From Psammoneis japonica (lineage: Eukaryota): a stretch of DNA of 64,000 bases. Position numbers and translations under genes: made by a program. The stretch is from assembly GCA_008632985.1 (NCBI GenBank), contig QPGO01000010.1, positions 682,001 through 746,000 of the forward strand, read 5' to 3'. Of the stretch, positions 24,898-35,794 are shown piece after piece. The notes under the pieces are model-generated. The model did not search any database. It saw nothing but the letters and a program-made list of their open reading frames with translations, and was not told where the DNA came from. Position 1 is the first letter of the stretch. The number at the start of each line of letters is the position of its first letter.

Positions 24898-25316
24898 TTA
24901 CTTGTGCTTCGCAACGAGTTGCTCAAGCTTCGCCTTGTCCGCACCCCTCATCTCGTCGATTTTTTCTCCGCCCTTGAAAAATTGAAACGTGGGCATTGCT
25001 GAAATCCCGCACTTCGCCGCTAGTTCGTCAGCCTCGTCAACATCAATCTTGGCGAATTCAACGTCTGGGTTCTTTTCCGCCAATTCAATGAAATGAGGAG
25101 CTATGAACACGCAAGGGCCACACCTAGAATAAGAGAGGATTCACCGTACTGTAAGCGTCGAAAAAATGGAACAAAAATCAACCACATCACCGCACACGGA
25201 CAAAACGACGAACATGGAACATACCAAGTCGCCCAAAAGTCAATCACGACGAGCTTTTCCTTTGAAAGCTCCATGAGCGCATCGAATTCTTCATTTGTCT
25301 GAACTGCTTTCACCAT
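24898..25316 (-). CDS. trx: Thioredoxin (cytosolic type); 2 exons (25316-25225, 25123-24898)
   Basis: Removing the GT-AG intron 25224-25124 restores VVIDFWATWCGPC. Also has KIDVDE and AMPTFQFFK. Confidence 0.95.
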
Positions 25317-26129
25317 TGTTGTCTATTTGCTTTGCTGCTGCTGTTTTATGCGCTGCGGAGTTTTTGTGACATGGCGACACGAACGATGCGAACGTCGATG
25401 ATTGGCCTGGGCAGGTTACGAACGGTGTGATGATTCCACATTCTGAATTCTGCTAGATTCTTTCGTCTGTCCTCGTCAGTTATGTGACTCCTCCAACAGC
25501 TTCCAGCAATGCTTGGATCAGCAAACCTTGCAGCTTAATCCTCACCAATCATAACTGCAAAACTGCAGTCTCTCTAGAGCTAGAGGCTGAACCTTTTCTT
25601 GTGCGTCCAAGGATCTCGATCTGTTTCAAAATCCATTTCTTCTCTCATCTTTTGTCGCCCTGGTGCCTGGTGCAGCAGTTGGCAAAAAGCACGGCAGCTT
25701 GGCAGAGGAGGACACCAGCAGCCAGAGAGGTGTCCAAGGTCCTGACTTTTGCACTCAACAGTGTGGGATCTCAATCTGCACCAGCACCAATCTGTTGTCT
25801 TGACTGCAGAGCATGAAAATCATGTTGCAGATCCAGCCCACAGGAGTGCTCTGTGGAGACAGTCAGCGCATTTAGCCCCCCCCCCCCCCTCCAGCACCCA
25901 AGTTCTTGCTCAGAAACACTCTGGCAAATGTTTGCACTCTCTCAACTCTCAATCTCAGCTGTGCATTGGCTCCACTTTTCTCAACTTTTGTTGTCAAATG
26001 CACCCCATGAAAATGTGCGGCTGGCTTTCAAATTTGTTGAGATTCTTTTCGACCAGAGCACCTCACCAAACAGCTGGCATGTGCCTCTCGTCCACACTCA
26101 GGGATGACAGCTGGTGGGCCCTTGTCTTC

Positions 26130-26570
26130 CTTTGTGCTCACAAGCCACCCTCTTGGCATGCATGCACTGCAAGGATCCCTTTTCAGGTTGCCAGCTGCAC
26201 CACACGCCAGGCCAGCATGACTGCCACACTGCATGAGATGCTCTCCAGCCAAGTGGGGTTGACACTTGGCTCCTGAGCTTGAACAGCAGCAAGAAATTGC
26301 TCCAAATGAGAGCTGGTCATGCCCACAAGGTTTGCAATTTTGTCAATCACTTGATGGGTTGCAGCAAGGTGTGAGCAGCATTTGCCCTCACACTGCCGTG
26401 CACTGGCAGGTGATTGACAGGCAAGATTTTCAGGAACAGAGTCTTCAGGATTTTCAGCCTTCTCATCCAGTGACATGGGTTGCTTGCACCCCATTTGATG
26501 CCCCATCTCAACAAAGTGATCACACTCTTCATCAGCAAGGAAGCTGCAAAGGCTTGCAACCTGAGAAGGC
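26130..26570 (-). pseudogene. Decayed prolyl 4-hydroxylase-like (2OG-Fe dioxygenase) gene fragment, interrupted by the Gypsy insertion; continues at about 31751-31830
   Basis: SFLADEECDHFVEMGHQMGC...QCEGKCC...HQVIDKIANLVGMTSSHLEQ resembles the P4H motif NFLSDEECD...GY.RS...WC...CY...I.NL.G....E.LQ. Across the LTR the sequence reads CKVTVHSWP. Confidence 0.55.
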
Positions 26571-26574
26571 CCAC

Positions 26575-26950
26575 TGCACTGTGCTCGAAGAACGAGTGTA
26601 AACGAAAGTATAACGAAGTTCAAAAGGTGAAAATTATGAGAATCATTTCTGCGCAATCATTTTGGGTTTCTCCGAACGGGTTCTCAATGGCCTAAACCTT
26701 TTGCGCTGCTCCTGCAGACAAAAGGCCTTTCGGAGAATGTGATCGTGACGACAGATTGTCCGGGTGCGATTGACATTGACATGAGATGTCAACATCATCG
26801 TACGATCGCATTTGCGATTCTCGACATCCAATCACTTCTGTGTGACTGATCTGTACTTCATGCGAACCCACGATTGACGTGCGATTGAAACACACTTTTG
26901 TTGATGTACAGACACACATGCATGACACGCACATGACAACGCATGTTGCA
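26575..26950 (-). repeat. 3' LTR (376 bp)
   Basis: Direct repeat of 31368-31746. Confidence 0.95.
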
Positions 26951-26962
26951 TTCGCCTCCCTA
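26951..26962 (-). other. Polypurine tract of the Gypsy element
   Basis: Minus strand reads tagggaggcgaa immediately before the 3' LTR. Confidence 0.8.
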
Positions 26963-26974
26963 ATTGCACATTAG

Positions 26975-29900
26975 AGTCAGTCGTTAAACGGCGTTGTTCG
27001 ACGAATGTTGACAGTGTCAACAACGTCACCGCGTTTGATCTGTGCTGTGCCATTGGCATGTGCCGTTGTCATTGCGCACGGTCCAACATGGGGCTGTTCT
27101 AATTTTTGCGAGTCTTTCTCGAGCAGTGTCTTTTCTCCTGCTCTGCACGTGCAAGGAGTGCGTCGAGCACTCTCTCGAGCGTTGTTTTTATTTGTGATTT
27201 CTTGTTTTGCTGCTGGATTGGTTTCCAGTCCGCGACATGTTGGACGTTAAATGTCATGTCTCTGTTGAAGACTGGTTGTCCTGGTGCAGCTTGCGCAGTG
27301 GCATGACATGCAGAACGCGCCGCAAATGCTGCTGCTGACAGCATTCCAGCGAAAGGATCCTCAGCATCTAGAGGTGCATGTTGCAAATCAAATGTACGGA
27401 GCATGTTCCCCAGTGCTTGATGTGCGCGTTCAATGACTGCGTTTGCTTGTGGATTTCGTGCAGTTGTGGGCTTGACTTTAATGCCATGATCATCTTGCAC
27501 CATTTCTCTAAATTGGTGTCCGATGAACTCACTTCCACGGTCACATGTAATTAACGATGGCCAAGGACATCTACTTGGCCATGTTCGTTCTAGTGGTCCA
27601 GCTACAGTTGTGGACTCCTTATTTGGGATTTCCACAACTTCAAACCATCCGGTTGCTGGATCGATCATAGTTAAACATTTCAGGACTAGGGGTTTTTTCT
27701 TTCCCTTACGACGTATTTTGTATGGCCCAATAAGGTCCACACATAGTCGTTCCCATGGTACGGATTCTGCGCACTTAGGAGGTAAATGTCCATATTTCTT
27801 GTGTTTCTTTTTGAATTTTTGGCACGTCTCACATCTCGACACGTATTTTCGTATGTCTTCACGTAAGGTGGACCACCATAGGTGTTGTGAGATTGTTTCT
27901 TCTGTTCGATTTATGCCAGGGTGAAGAAGGTACGTATGATACCAATCTATCACTGCCTTTTGTAACGTCCTCGGGACGACAATTTTATCCTTATGACATA
28001 TGAGCAACCGGTCTCGCTCGCCTCCACGAAAAGTCTTCGTATGAAACGTCTTATTTGACAATTGGGAGAGAATGTCTTTATCCCGTTTTTGTTCATAATC
28101 AAGAACTTTGTAATTTAACGGAAAGACATTGTCGTAGGATTTTGGTAGGACCTTTTCAGCTAACTCTTCTGTGCTGAGGGTTTCCATAGGTTCTATTTTT
28201 TTCATAGTAAGTCGGCTAATCGCGTCTGCGACAATATTTGCCTTGCCCTCAAGGTATATTATTTTGGGACTGTATTCCTCTATTATTAGACGCCAACGCA
28301 TGACTCTGTCCGTTGTGAAATTTTTGTGTGTGAGATTTTTGTGATCCGTATATATATTTATCTGTTGGCCAAACAGTATATTTCGGAACTCTTTTAACGT
28401 CTCCACTATGGACAATAGCTCTTTTTCCGTTGTAGTATAACGCGTCTGCGCTCCATTCAGCTTGCGGCTGTAGAAGGCAATTGGTCGGTTTTTCTGAGTA
28501 ATAACCGCCCCCAATTGAGAATTACTAGCATCGGTATATATCTCAAAGGGTATATTAAAATTCGGGTATGATAATAGTATATCTTTAGAGATGATGCGCT
28601 TCATATTTTCGAAGGCTTTTTGTTCTGTTTCGGTCCATTGCCACTTTACTTGGGTAGAAGTGAGTTTGGCTAAAGGAGCTAAAACATGAGATCGTCGAGG
28701 CCACATGTCTCGATAGTAGTTGATCACACCGATAAAGCGTCGCAATTCCTTGCGAGTTTTAGGAGTTGCGATCGCGTGAATCGCTTCCACTTTTTTTGGA
28801 ATCGGACTGATGCCCTTGCGGGTGATATGAAAGCCTAGATAGTCTACTTCGGGTTTAGCGAAAAAGGACTTCTCGGCGTTGACTTTCAATCCGGCTTGTT
28901 CTAGGCGTAAGAACACCGTTTCAAGCTTCTTGAGGTGGTCTTGAAAATCACTTTTTGCAAGACACAATGTGTCGTCAATGTAAGTTCTGACGAACTCCAG
29001 ACCTGCCATGAGCTCACTCATGTGCTCTTGGAAAATATCTGGAGCTCCACAGATCCCCATCGGGAGTCTACAGTACTCACATTTGCCCCAAGGCATGACG
29101 ATCGTGCACAAGCGACGTGCATGCGGCGTCAATTCGACATGACAGCACCCCATGTTTAAATCTAGGGACGTTGCATGCATGAAGCCTTCAAGCTTCTGTA
29201 GCATATCCTGAATATTGGGCAGAGGAAACGGAGTGCGAATTAACCTCTTATTTAGCTCACGAAAGTCGGATAAGAACCGAACTCTACCATTTTTCTTGGG
29301 TTGAACAAAGGTTGGAGCCGCCCATTCAGAACAATTTATTTTTCTTAAGACTTTCAACTTGCATGGTCTTTCAACCTCTTTACGAGCAGTCGCCTCCAAG
29401 GCTTGTGGTACGGGAAATGGTTTGGCATGATACGGACTCACGCCCGATTTCAACTTTAAATCCACCGGTTTCCCGGTCCATTTGCCCAGAGAACCATCGA
29501 AAAGGTTTTCAAATCTTTTTAAGAGGAAGTTCAGCTGCTTCTGCTCTTCAGGGGTTAGATGAGTAGCTGCTGCGGTCACATTATTGAGGTTTGCAGCGTG
29601 ATGGTCTGAGTCAAGGATCCGATTGACCCTGTCATTAAGACTGATCACTGCATGAGATTCCTCAATGTGATCGGCAATCAACTTAAAAACATCGGCATCG
29701 AAGAGTGCATCAACATTCTTCATAGGAGTAGTTGCATCTTCCCACTTAATTTCTTCATTCGAGAAGTCCAATGTTGTCCCAAGACTTGACATTAAGTCGC
29801 GTCCCATGATCACATCATAACGACTCGAAGAAGAAGGGGAGTTGTCAACATGTGCCGTTGTTTCAATCATCTTGTGTTTGTCAAATTCGGGTGAGGAGAA

Positions 29901-30176
29901 TTGGATCTTACATCGACTGTCAGTCGTGAAGAGCCCTCCTTTGGTTTCCCAGAGTTTGGTGGCGGATGCTTTTGTTCTGAGTTTCCGCGTGAATTTGCGC
30001 AAAATTATGGTTGACGATGTTCCGCCATCGAGGAGAACGCGTAGAGGCTCATTTTTCGCCTTGCCCAATGAAGCACTCATGCAGGCGACGACCACTGGAC
30101 TAGCATGAATTACTTTGGCCCTTTTTCTGGGCTTCCTAATGTCCAGTAGAGCGCAAGACTCCTCTTGCGGTGCAAG
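26975..30176 (-). CDS. pol: Gypsy pol (protease, RT, RNase H, integrase); frameshift near 27210 in the integrase C-terminus; partly hypermutated
   Basis: LLDGG protease; SDFRELN and YIDD (RT); YTDAS and YTDHKNL (RNase H); HPG..CETC, VDLIGP, DRGSEF, NAVIERAH (IN). The tail KLEQPHVGPC...NGT...VNIRRTTPF lies in a shifted frame. Confidence 0.93.
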
Positions 30177-31331
30177 TCATTCCTCAGAATCACTGCGCGT
30201 CATTTTTTCAAACTGACAATTTTCCTCGTCAAGGGCATCAGAATCACAATCTTTGCTCTTGTGTTTTTTGTCATTGTTCGAAGAACTCGCTTTGAGCATT
30301 TTTTGAACTGCTTGGATCGCCATAGCATTCAACTCTTCTTTGCGAGCGGCGTTGTCATTATCGCGACGAGACCACGTGCGATTGCCATTTGAACGGCGCC
30401 GTTTTGGGTCGGGTTCATAGTTCCCACGGCGTTCTTTCGCAAGTCTTTTGATCGACCAGCACTTGTCCGTGTTGTGAGTGGATTTCTCGCACAAAATGCA
30501 CCACTTCTCGGACTGAGATTTTTCGGTGCCATGTTGGTGACCATTTTTGGAACCACGTTGGGAACCACTCTTGGCTTTTGATGCAGTGCCGCCACTGCCA
30601 TCAGCCTTGGCATGAATGCCATCAAATGTGTCTTCTGCGACCTCCAGGCGCTCCAAGAACTCAACCAACTCGTCACAGGTATGCTTCAAAATTTCGAAAC
30701 CCTGGACGGTCGACTGACGCTGCCACTTTCGAGGTGCAAGGTTGAAGAGGATGTCCTTGAGCTCGTCGTCCTCGATCTTCTGTTCCTTCCCAAAGGGAGG
30801 ATAGAACTTGAGGTCTTCGTTGACTTCCTGGACCCAAGCAGCAATTTCGCGTACTTTCATGGACTCCGGCTTCTTGAGATCACGACGCAAATAACGTTTC
30901 TGCACCGAAAGTGCGTTCTTGGGAAACACATGCCTCGTGAGATGTTGCAGGCATTTCTCGAAGCTTCCTTCCGCAGATTCGTCTTCAAGGTTCGCTGCCG
31001 CATTCTCGAAAGCACGTAGGGCGTCTCCTTGGAGTAACACACGCATGAGACGAAACTCATCAGATTGCTTCCTGACACTCTGGCCCACTGGAAGTTGATC
31101 GTAGCTCTTGAGAAATTCGATGAACTTGGGGACACCTTGTTTCTTGCAGTGCTCAACATTGATGGTGTAGGTACGGCTATCCTTCTTCTCGGGATGAAAA
31201 CGTTGCTCCATCTTGAGGCACTGACTCGGTTTGAGGCTCTTCGGCTCGGAGTTCGATTCCAGCGGTTGAGGGACGATTTTCTCCTGCCTTGACGAAGTTT
31301 TGGCGTTGGTTGCATGAGGTGAAAGCTTCAT
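30177..31331 (-). CDS. gag: Gypsy gag with a CCHC zinc knuckle
   Basis: QKRYLRRDLKKP and ELVEFLERLE; CILCEKSTHNTDKC matches CX2CX4HX4C. ATG at 31331. Confidence 0.9.
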   Translation of the reverse strand: MKLSPHATNAKTSSRQEKIVPQPLESNSEPKSLKPSQCLKMEQRFHPEKKDSRTYTINVEHCKKQGVPKFIEFLKSYDQLPVGQSVRKQSDEFRLMRVLLQGDALRAFENAAANLEDESAEGSFEKCLQHLTRHVFPKNALSVQKRYLRRDLKKPESMKVREIAAWVQEVNEDLKFYPPFGKEQKIEDDELKDILFNLAPRKWQRQSTVQGFEILKHTCDELVEFLERLEVAEDTFDGIHAKADGSGGTASKAKSGSQRGSKNGHQHGTEKSQSEKWCILCEKSTHNTDKCWSIKRLAKERRGNYEPDPKRRRSNGNRTWSRRDNDNAARKEELNAMAIQAVQKMLKASSSNNDKKHKSKDCDSDALDEENCQFEKMTRSDSEE

Positions 31332-31367
31332 CTTGAACTTATTACCTTCTGTGGTGTGTATACACAA

Positions 31368-31746
31368 TGCACCATGCTCGAAGAACGAGTGTAAACGAAA
31401 GTATAACGAAGTTCAAAAGGTGAAAATTATGAGAATTATTTCTGCGCAATCATTTTGGGTTTCTCCGAACGGGTTCTCAATGGCCTAAACCTTTTGCACT
31501 GCTCCTACAGACAAAAGGCCTTTCGGAGAATATGATCGTGACGACAGATTGTCCGGATACGATTGACATTGACACACAAGATGTCAACATCATCGTACGA
31601 TCGCATTTGCGATTCTCGACATCCAATCACTTCTGTGTGACTGATCTGTGCTTCGTACGAACCCACGATTGACGTACGATTGAAATGTACTTTTATTTAA
31701 CATATAGATGTGCACATGTAATACGTACATGACAACGCACATTGCA
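31368..31746 (-). repeat. 5' LTR (379 bp)
   Basis: Direct repeat of 26575-26950. Confidence 0.95.
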
Positions 31747-33673
31747 CCACACCAATGAGATCAGCAGCATGGTCACCATCAGAGTCATTGTGTGGACCAG
31801 GCCATGAATGAACTGTCACTTTGCAGCCATTGTTCCTGTCTCACTGGTCCTTCAGTGCACACATGTTCGAGGCCTCCTCCGGCATTGGGCATCTGATTGG
31901 GCTTGGGGTTTTGGGGGGAGAATTTTTCAACAAAAGGGGGAGTCCCCCAGATGAAAAAAGTGGGGGCCCAGATGTTGGAAAGCACCAAGAATGGACAATC
32001 AAATGAACCTAAAAAGCTCCAACTGCAAGTGCCTGGACTGACCTGTCATTGCATGCAATGAATGGAGACAGTCTTGTCTTGTCCAAAACAGAGTTGTGGG
32101 AATGCCAGCAAAAGTCCCAAGATGGTGCCCCACCCTCATCTTTGACCAGTCTTGGTCACTTGAGCTTCATCACCTGCCAATGGGGATGATTGCACATGGG
32201 CGTGGGAGGAGGAGCTGCAGCAGGTGGAAGTGGTGGGTTGTCACCGGACGACTCATCTGCAACAGGCTCATTTTCATCTTCCGCCATCACATCTTTTTTG
32301 TTTTGTCTCAGTGTGCTGCGCGATGCATTGCCACAAGTGCCATGCTCACCACTTGCTGTCAGATGGTGCACCATGCACTGTGTGCAATGTGCTCACAACC
32401 CATGTCTCCAGACAAAATGTGCTGCCCCCCCCCCCCCCNCCGCTCCCCCCCAAAACCCCAAGCCTGCATCCAATGCACAGACCCCACATCTCCTCACATG
32501 CTCAGCTGGCTGGCTCACATGTCAGCAATGTGACAAGTTCATCAAGTTTGTTGTCTTCACCACATTTGAGCAACAGCTCTAAGCTGCCCAGCTTTGGCAA
32601 AGCTCATCTTGATTGCTGGTGCAAGGTTTGCCCACAAGAGCACATTTTCCCAACCCCACAAGAGACTTCCCCTCTGCCCCACGAGTCAGCTGCCCCTCCA
32701 TCATCCATCATTGCAGTGGTGCCATCAATTGTGGCTTCATCATCACCAAGAGATTGGGGCCAACCAGCGCCAAACATGACTTCCTCAAAGTCTGTGGGGG
32801 CACGCACCAAATGTGCAAGCCGCCCCTTGCACACAACTTTGTGCCTTGGGGGGCACAAAGTTGAGCGGAGGCTGTGTTTTTGCTGTCAGCCAATGTCACC
32901 CTCAAACAATGTGCTGCTGCACTGTCTCCAGTGTGTGTCTTTGCAGTCTCTCTTTGTGCTTTGCAGCTGTTGTTGATCTGTTTGCAGCATTGCACGTCAT
33001 CAGATGGTCAGCACGCGGCACACTTGAGATGGCCACAATCATGGCGGCACCCTTCTCAGCCAGCCATTCATGCTGTCACTGGCTTTCATGGAGATCACCC
33101 CAAAAACAATTCCTCAGAAACAAGATCTGTCACTTCTTGCAGAGGCTTGTCTTGGTCAACTTCCTTGCACTCGGCGGTGCAACCATGTGTGCACACAAGA
33201 CTCTTGGTGCATCGCTGGCTGCCCTTTTCTCCTCTTCATTTCCTTCTCAGGAACACTGAAGTCTCAGCCATGCACCGGCATGTCAACAGTTGGAAGAAGA
33301 GCATTGCAGCAGCGAGGTGATTTGCTGTGAAAGCTGCGGCGTCATTGCGTCAAAAGATGCGAAGCCGAGAAAATGGGCACTTCGAACTTTTGTTGAAATC
33401 GCATCGTCGCTCGGATGGAGGGATTCCTTCAGTCCGTACCGTATGTACGTCACATGGATTCCGGCCGCGATGCCGCCGCGATGCCGAGGCGCGCTGCTCA
33501 CGCAATTTTTGATCGATCCGCAATGAGTTTTGCGGCGCGCTCCACCTCCATTCAATTCGTGTGTTGTGGTTATTCTCGACAACATCTTACGACACAGAGG
33601 CGATACGCAAGGCAGCCTTGCGGCAAAGATTAGATTTGAGGCAGTAAATTCAGACTGGAGAAGAATCTATTCC

Positions 33674-34464
33674 ATGTCCAAGCTCGAGTTACAGCGTGCC
33701 GCGTTGGAACAGTCGGGAATTTCCTACGAAGAGTCGCTCGAGGCCGGCAAGCTCGAGCCAAGTCTTTACGAACGCATTGGTAAAGAGGAAGGGTTTCGGA
33801 AACTCTCACAGCTTTTCTATGATTTAGTGTTTGAGGACGAGCAACAGTGGTTTCTTGGTATTTTCTCTAGCAGCACAAAGTCGGAAGCCGTCGACAATCA
33901 AGTAAGTCGGTTGTAAAGTTGAAGCGATGATGGGTTCGTTCCCGCGGATGTTTGTGCTGATATTGCTCTTTTTCTCTGTTTTACGAAGTATCGATTTCTA
34001 GTCCAAACATTTGGCGGTCCCGATTTGTATAGGTGAGTCAAAAACTTGGTTTCGTAAAATCTTCTGTGCTGCTTGACTACGAGGTTAGGCTAAACACTTA
34101 GTTCATTCTATCTCTTTTTCTGCAACATTTATTATGACAGAGAGAAAAAGGGAAAATACACTCGACTTGCAGGAAGACATGCTAACTACAACATTGGTAC
34201 GAATGCTGCGCATCATTGGGTAAAACTTATGAAGACTGCCATGGAAAGCCACGAGGAATTGCAGAAGGACAACACAGCGGTTGACGCCCTCACAAAGTAT
34301 TTTACCTACACAGCACATTACATTGTAGCCGCTAGTGAATACATGAGACCAGACCAGGTATGTAGTGCTCGTGCCCACGTGCTGTGCTTCCACTCGAATT
34401 TACTCCTAACCGTATGTTGCAGCTCAGTGGCGGCACTCAAATAGATCCTGGAAGAATATGGTGA
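33674..34464 (+). CDS. Truncated (2-on-2) haemoglobin, GLB3/trHbO-like; 4 exons (33674-33901, 33989-34032, 34141-34357, 34423-34464)
   Basis: Spliced product SLYERIG.EEGFRKLSQLFYDLVF...WFLGIF...EAVDNQYRFLVQTFGGPDLYREKKG..RLAGRH...AAHHWVKLMKTAM. Three GT-AG introns preserve the frame. Confidence 0.9.
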
Positions 34465-34957
34465 TCACAACAATGTTGTTAGCATTGTTTGCGAAGTAGC
34501 ACTAGTTTCCACTATGCCAGAAGAGTCTAACTAGTTGCTAATAACGTCACGAATGTTTTTGCAACACCAACACGACTTCCTGGTTTCTCGGTGGACGACA
34601 CAGATTCCTTCATACTTTGGCTCGTGAAATTGACAGTCCTGTTCTAAAGGATATATCACAGTATTAGGACCAACTCTATTATAGGTAGGTACCGTATGCA
34701 TTTTTTATTTTACGGTCAGACCTCGCCGAGGACCACAACACGCAGAATAACCGAAGTTCGTGACTGTTCGATTCTGTTCCCGCAGATGAACATCGCCGAT
34801 CGCCGAGCGAGCTCCAACCAGCGGACGGCGACATGATGCCGACGCTGCCGACACATCATTTTGCTATTGTACGGTTGGAAACTGAACTTGGTCGAAGTCG
34901 GCTCTTTAGCATACTTCTCTTACTTCTCCTTCCAGGTATTGTCTCTGGAGGGTCTCA

Positions 34958-35794
34958 ATGCTTGCTACAGTCTTTCTGAAATCACCCCGTACTTTGCTGT
35001 TTCTGCTCTTAACTGCGGCTGCAATGGTCAATGTGTCGAATTCACTCTCGGCGAACGCTGACAAAGCTACCGCTGATCGCTTGGCGACTTGGGATCAGAG
35101 ATGGAGCAACGATAGAACTGGTTGGCATATAGAAGATGTCCACAAGCATCTTCAACAACACGGTGGCAGCATCATTCCCAATATCGACCGTGAAGAAAAG
35201 GAAACTTCTGAAGGAGTGAGAGTGTTTGTACCGCTCTGTGGAAAGACGGTTGACATGGCTTTCTTGGCTCAGAACAGTGGCGTCAGCGAAGTTGTTGGCA
35301 TTGATGGTATTCAAAAAGCACTCGACGAGTTCATTGCACTCAACCCTTCGCTCAACATCAAAGAATCTCAAGAATGTAATGATGACGGGTTCAGTCGCTT
35401 CACCGGAGACAAAATCACGCTACTCCGAGGAGACTTCTTCCTCATGGACAAGGCATCGGTTGAAAAGTTTGACGCCATTTGGGATCGGGCTTCTATTGTT
35501 GCGATTGAACCCGATTTGCGGGAGGACTATGTGCGAATCTTGGGCCATCTACTCAAACCCGGCGGCACTCTGCTAGTTTCAACTTTAGATAAGAGGGAGT
35601 TACCTCCCGAGGCCAGGGCCGGTGGACCTCCGTATTCTGTGCCCGAGTCGGAAATTCGTAGGCTTTACGAAGCACTGGAATGGGTTGAGTCCGTCACCCC
35701 TGTTTCCGATAATGAAGCTGATGAGAAGCTGGGAATTGGACCCAGCGTTCGCGAGGTTGCCTTTGTGATCAAAACAAAGAAGAGCGTTCCGTGA
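34958..35794 (+). CDS. TPMT: Thiopurine S-methyltransferase (TPMT)-family SAM methyltransferase with a hydrophobic N-terminal extension
   Basis: WDQRW...GWH, RVFVPLCGKTVDMAFLA, VVGID, GDFF, FDAIWDRASIVAI, GPPYSV. Confidence 0.93.
   Translation: MLATVFLKSPRTLLFLLLTAAAMVNVSNSLSANADKATADRLATWDQRWSNDRTGWHIEDVHKHLQQHGGSIIPNIDREEKETSEGVRVFVPLCGKTVDMAFLAQNSGVSEVVGIDGIQKALDEFIALNPSLNIKESQECNDDGFSRFTGDKITLLRGDFFLMDKASVEKFDAIWDRASIVAIEPDLREDYVRILGHLLKPGGTLLVSTLDKRELPPEARAGGPPYSVPESEIRRLYEALEWVESVTPVSDNEADEKLGIGPSVREVAFVIKTKKSVP

Larger units (their letters stand above)
26575..31746 (-). mobile_element. Full-length Ty3/Gypsy LTR retrotransposon (~5.2 kb) with a 4-bp target-site duplication CCAC
   Basis: LTRs at 26575-26950 and 31368-31746 (TG...CA ends). 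ccac at 26571-26574 and 31747-31750. Gag and pol in PR-RT-RH-IN order. Confidence 0.97.

Noticed and set aside
32424..32451. Poly-C run containing an N
   Set aside because: Low-quality homopolymer; no biological inference drawn.
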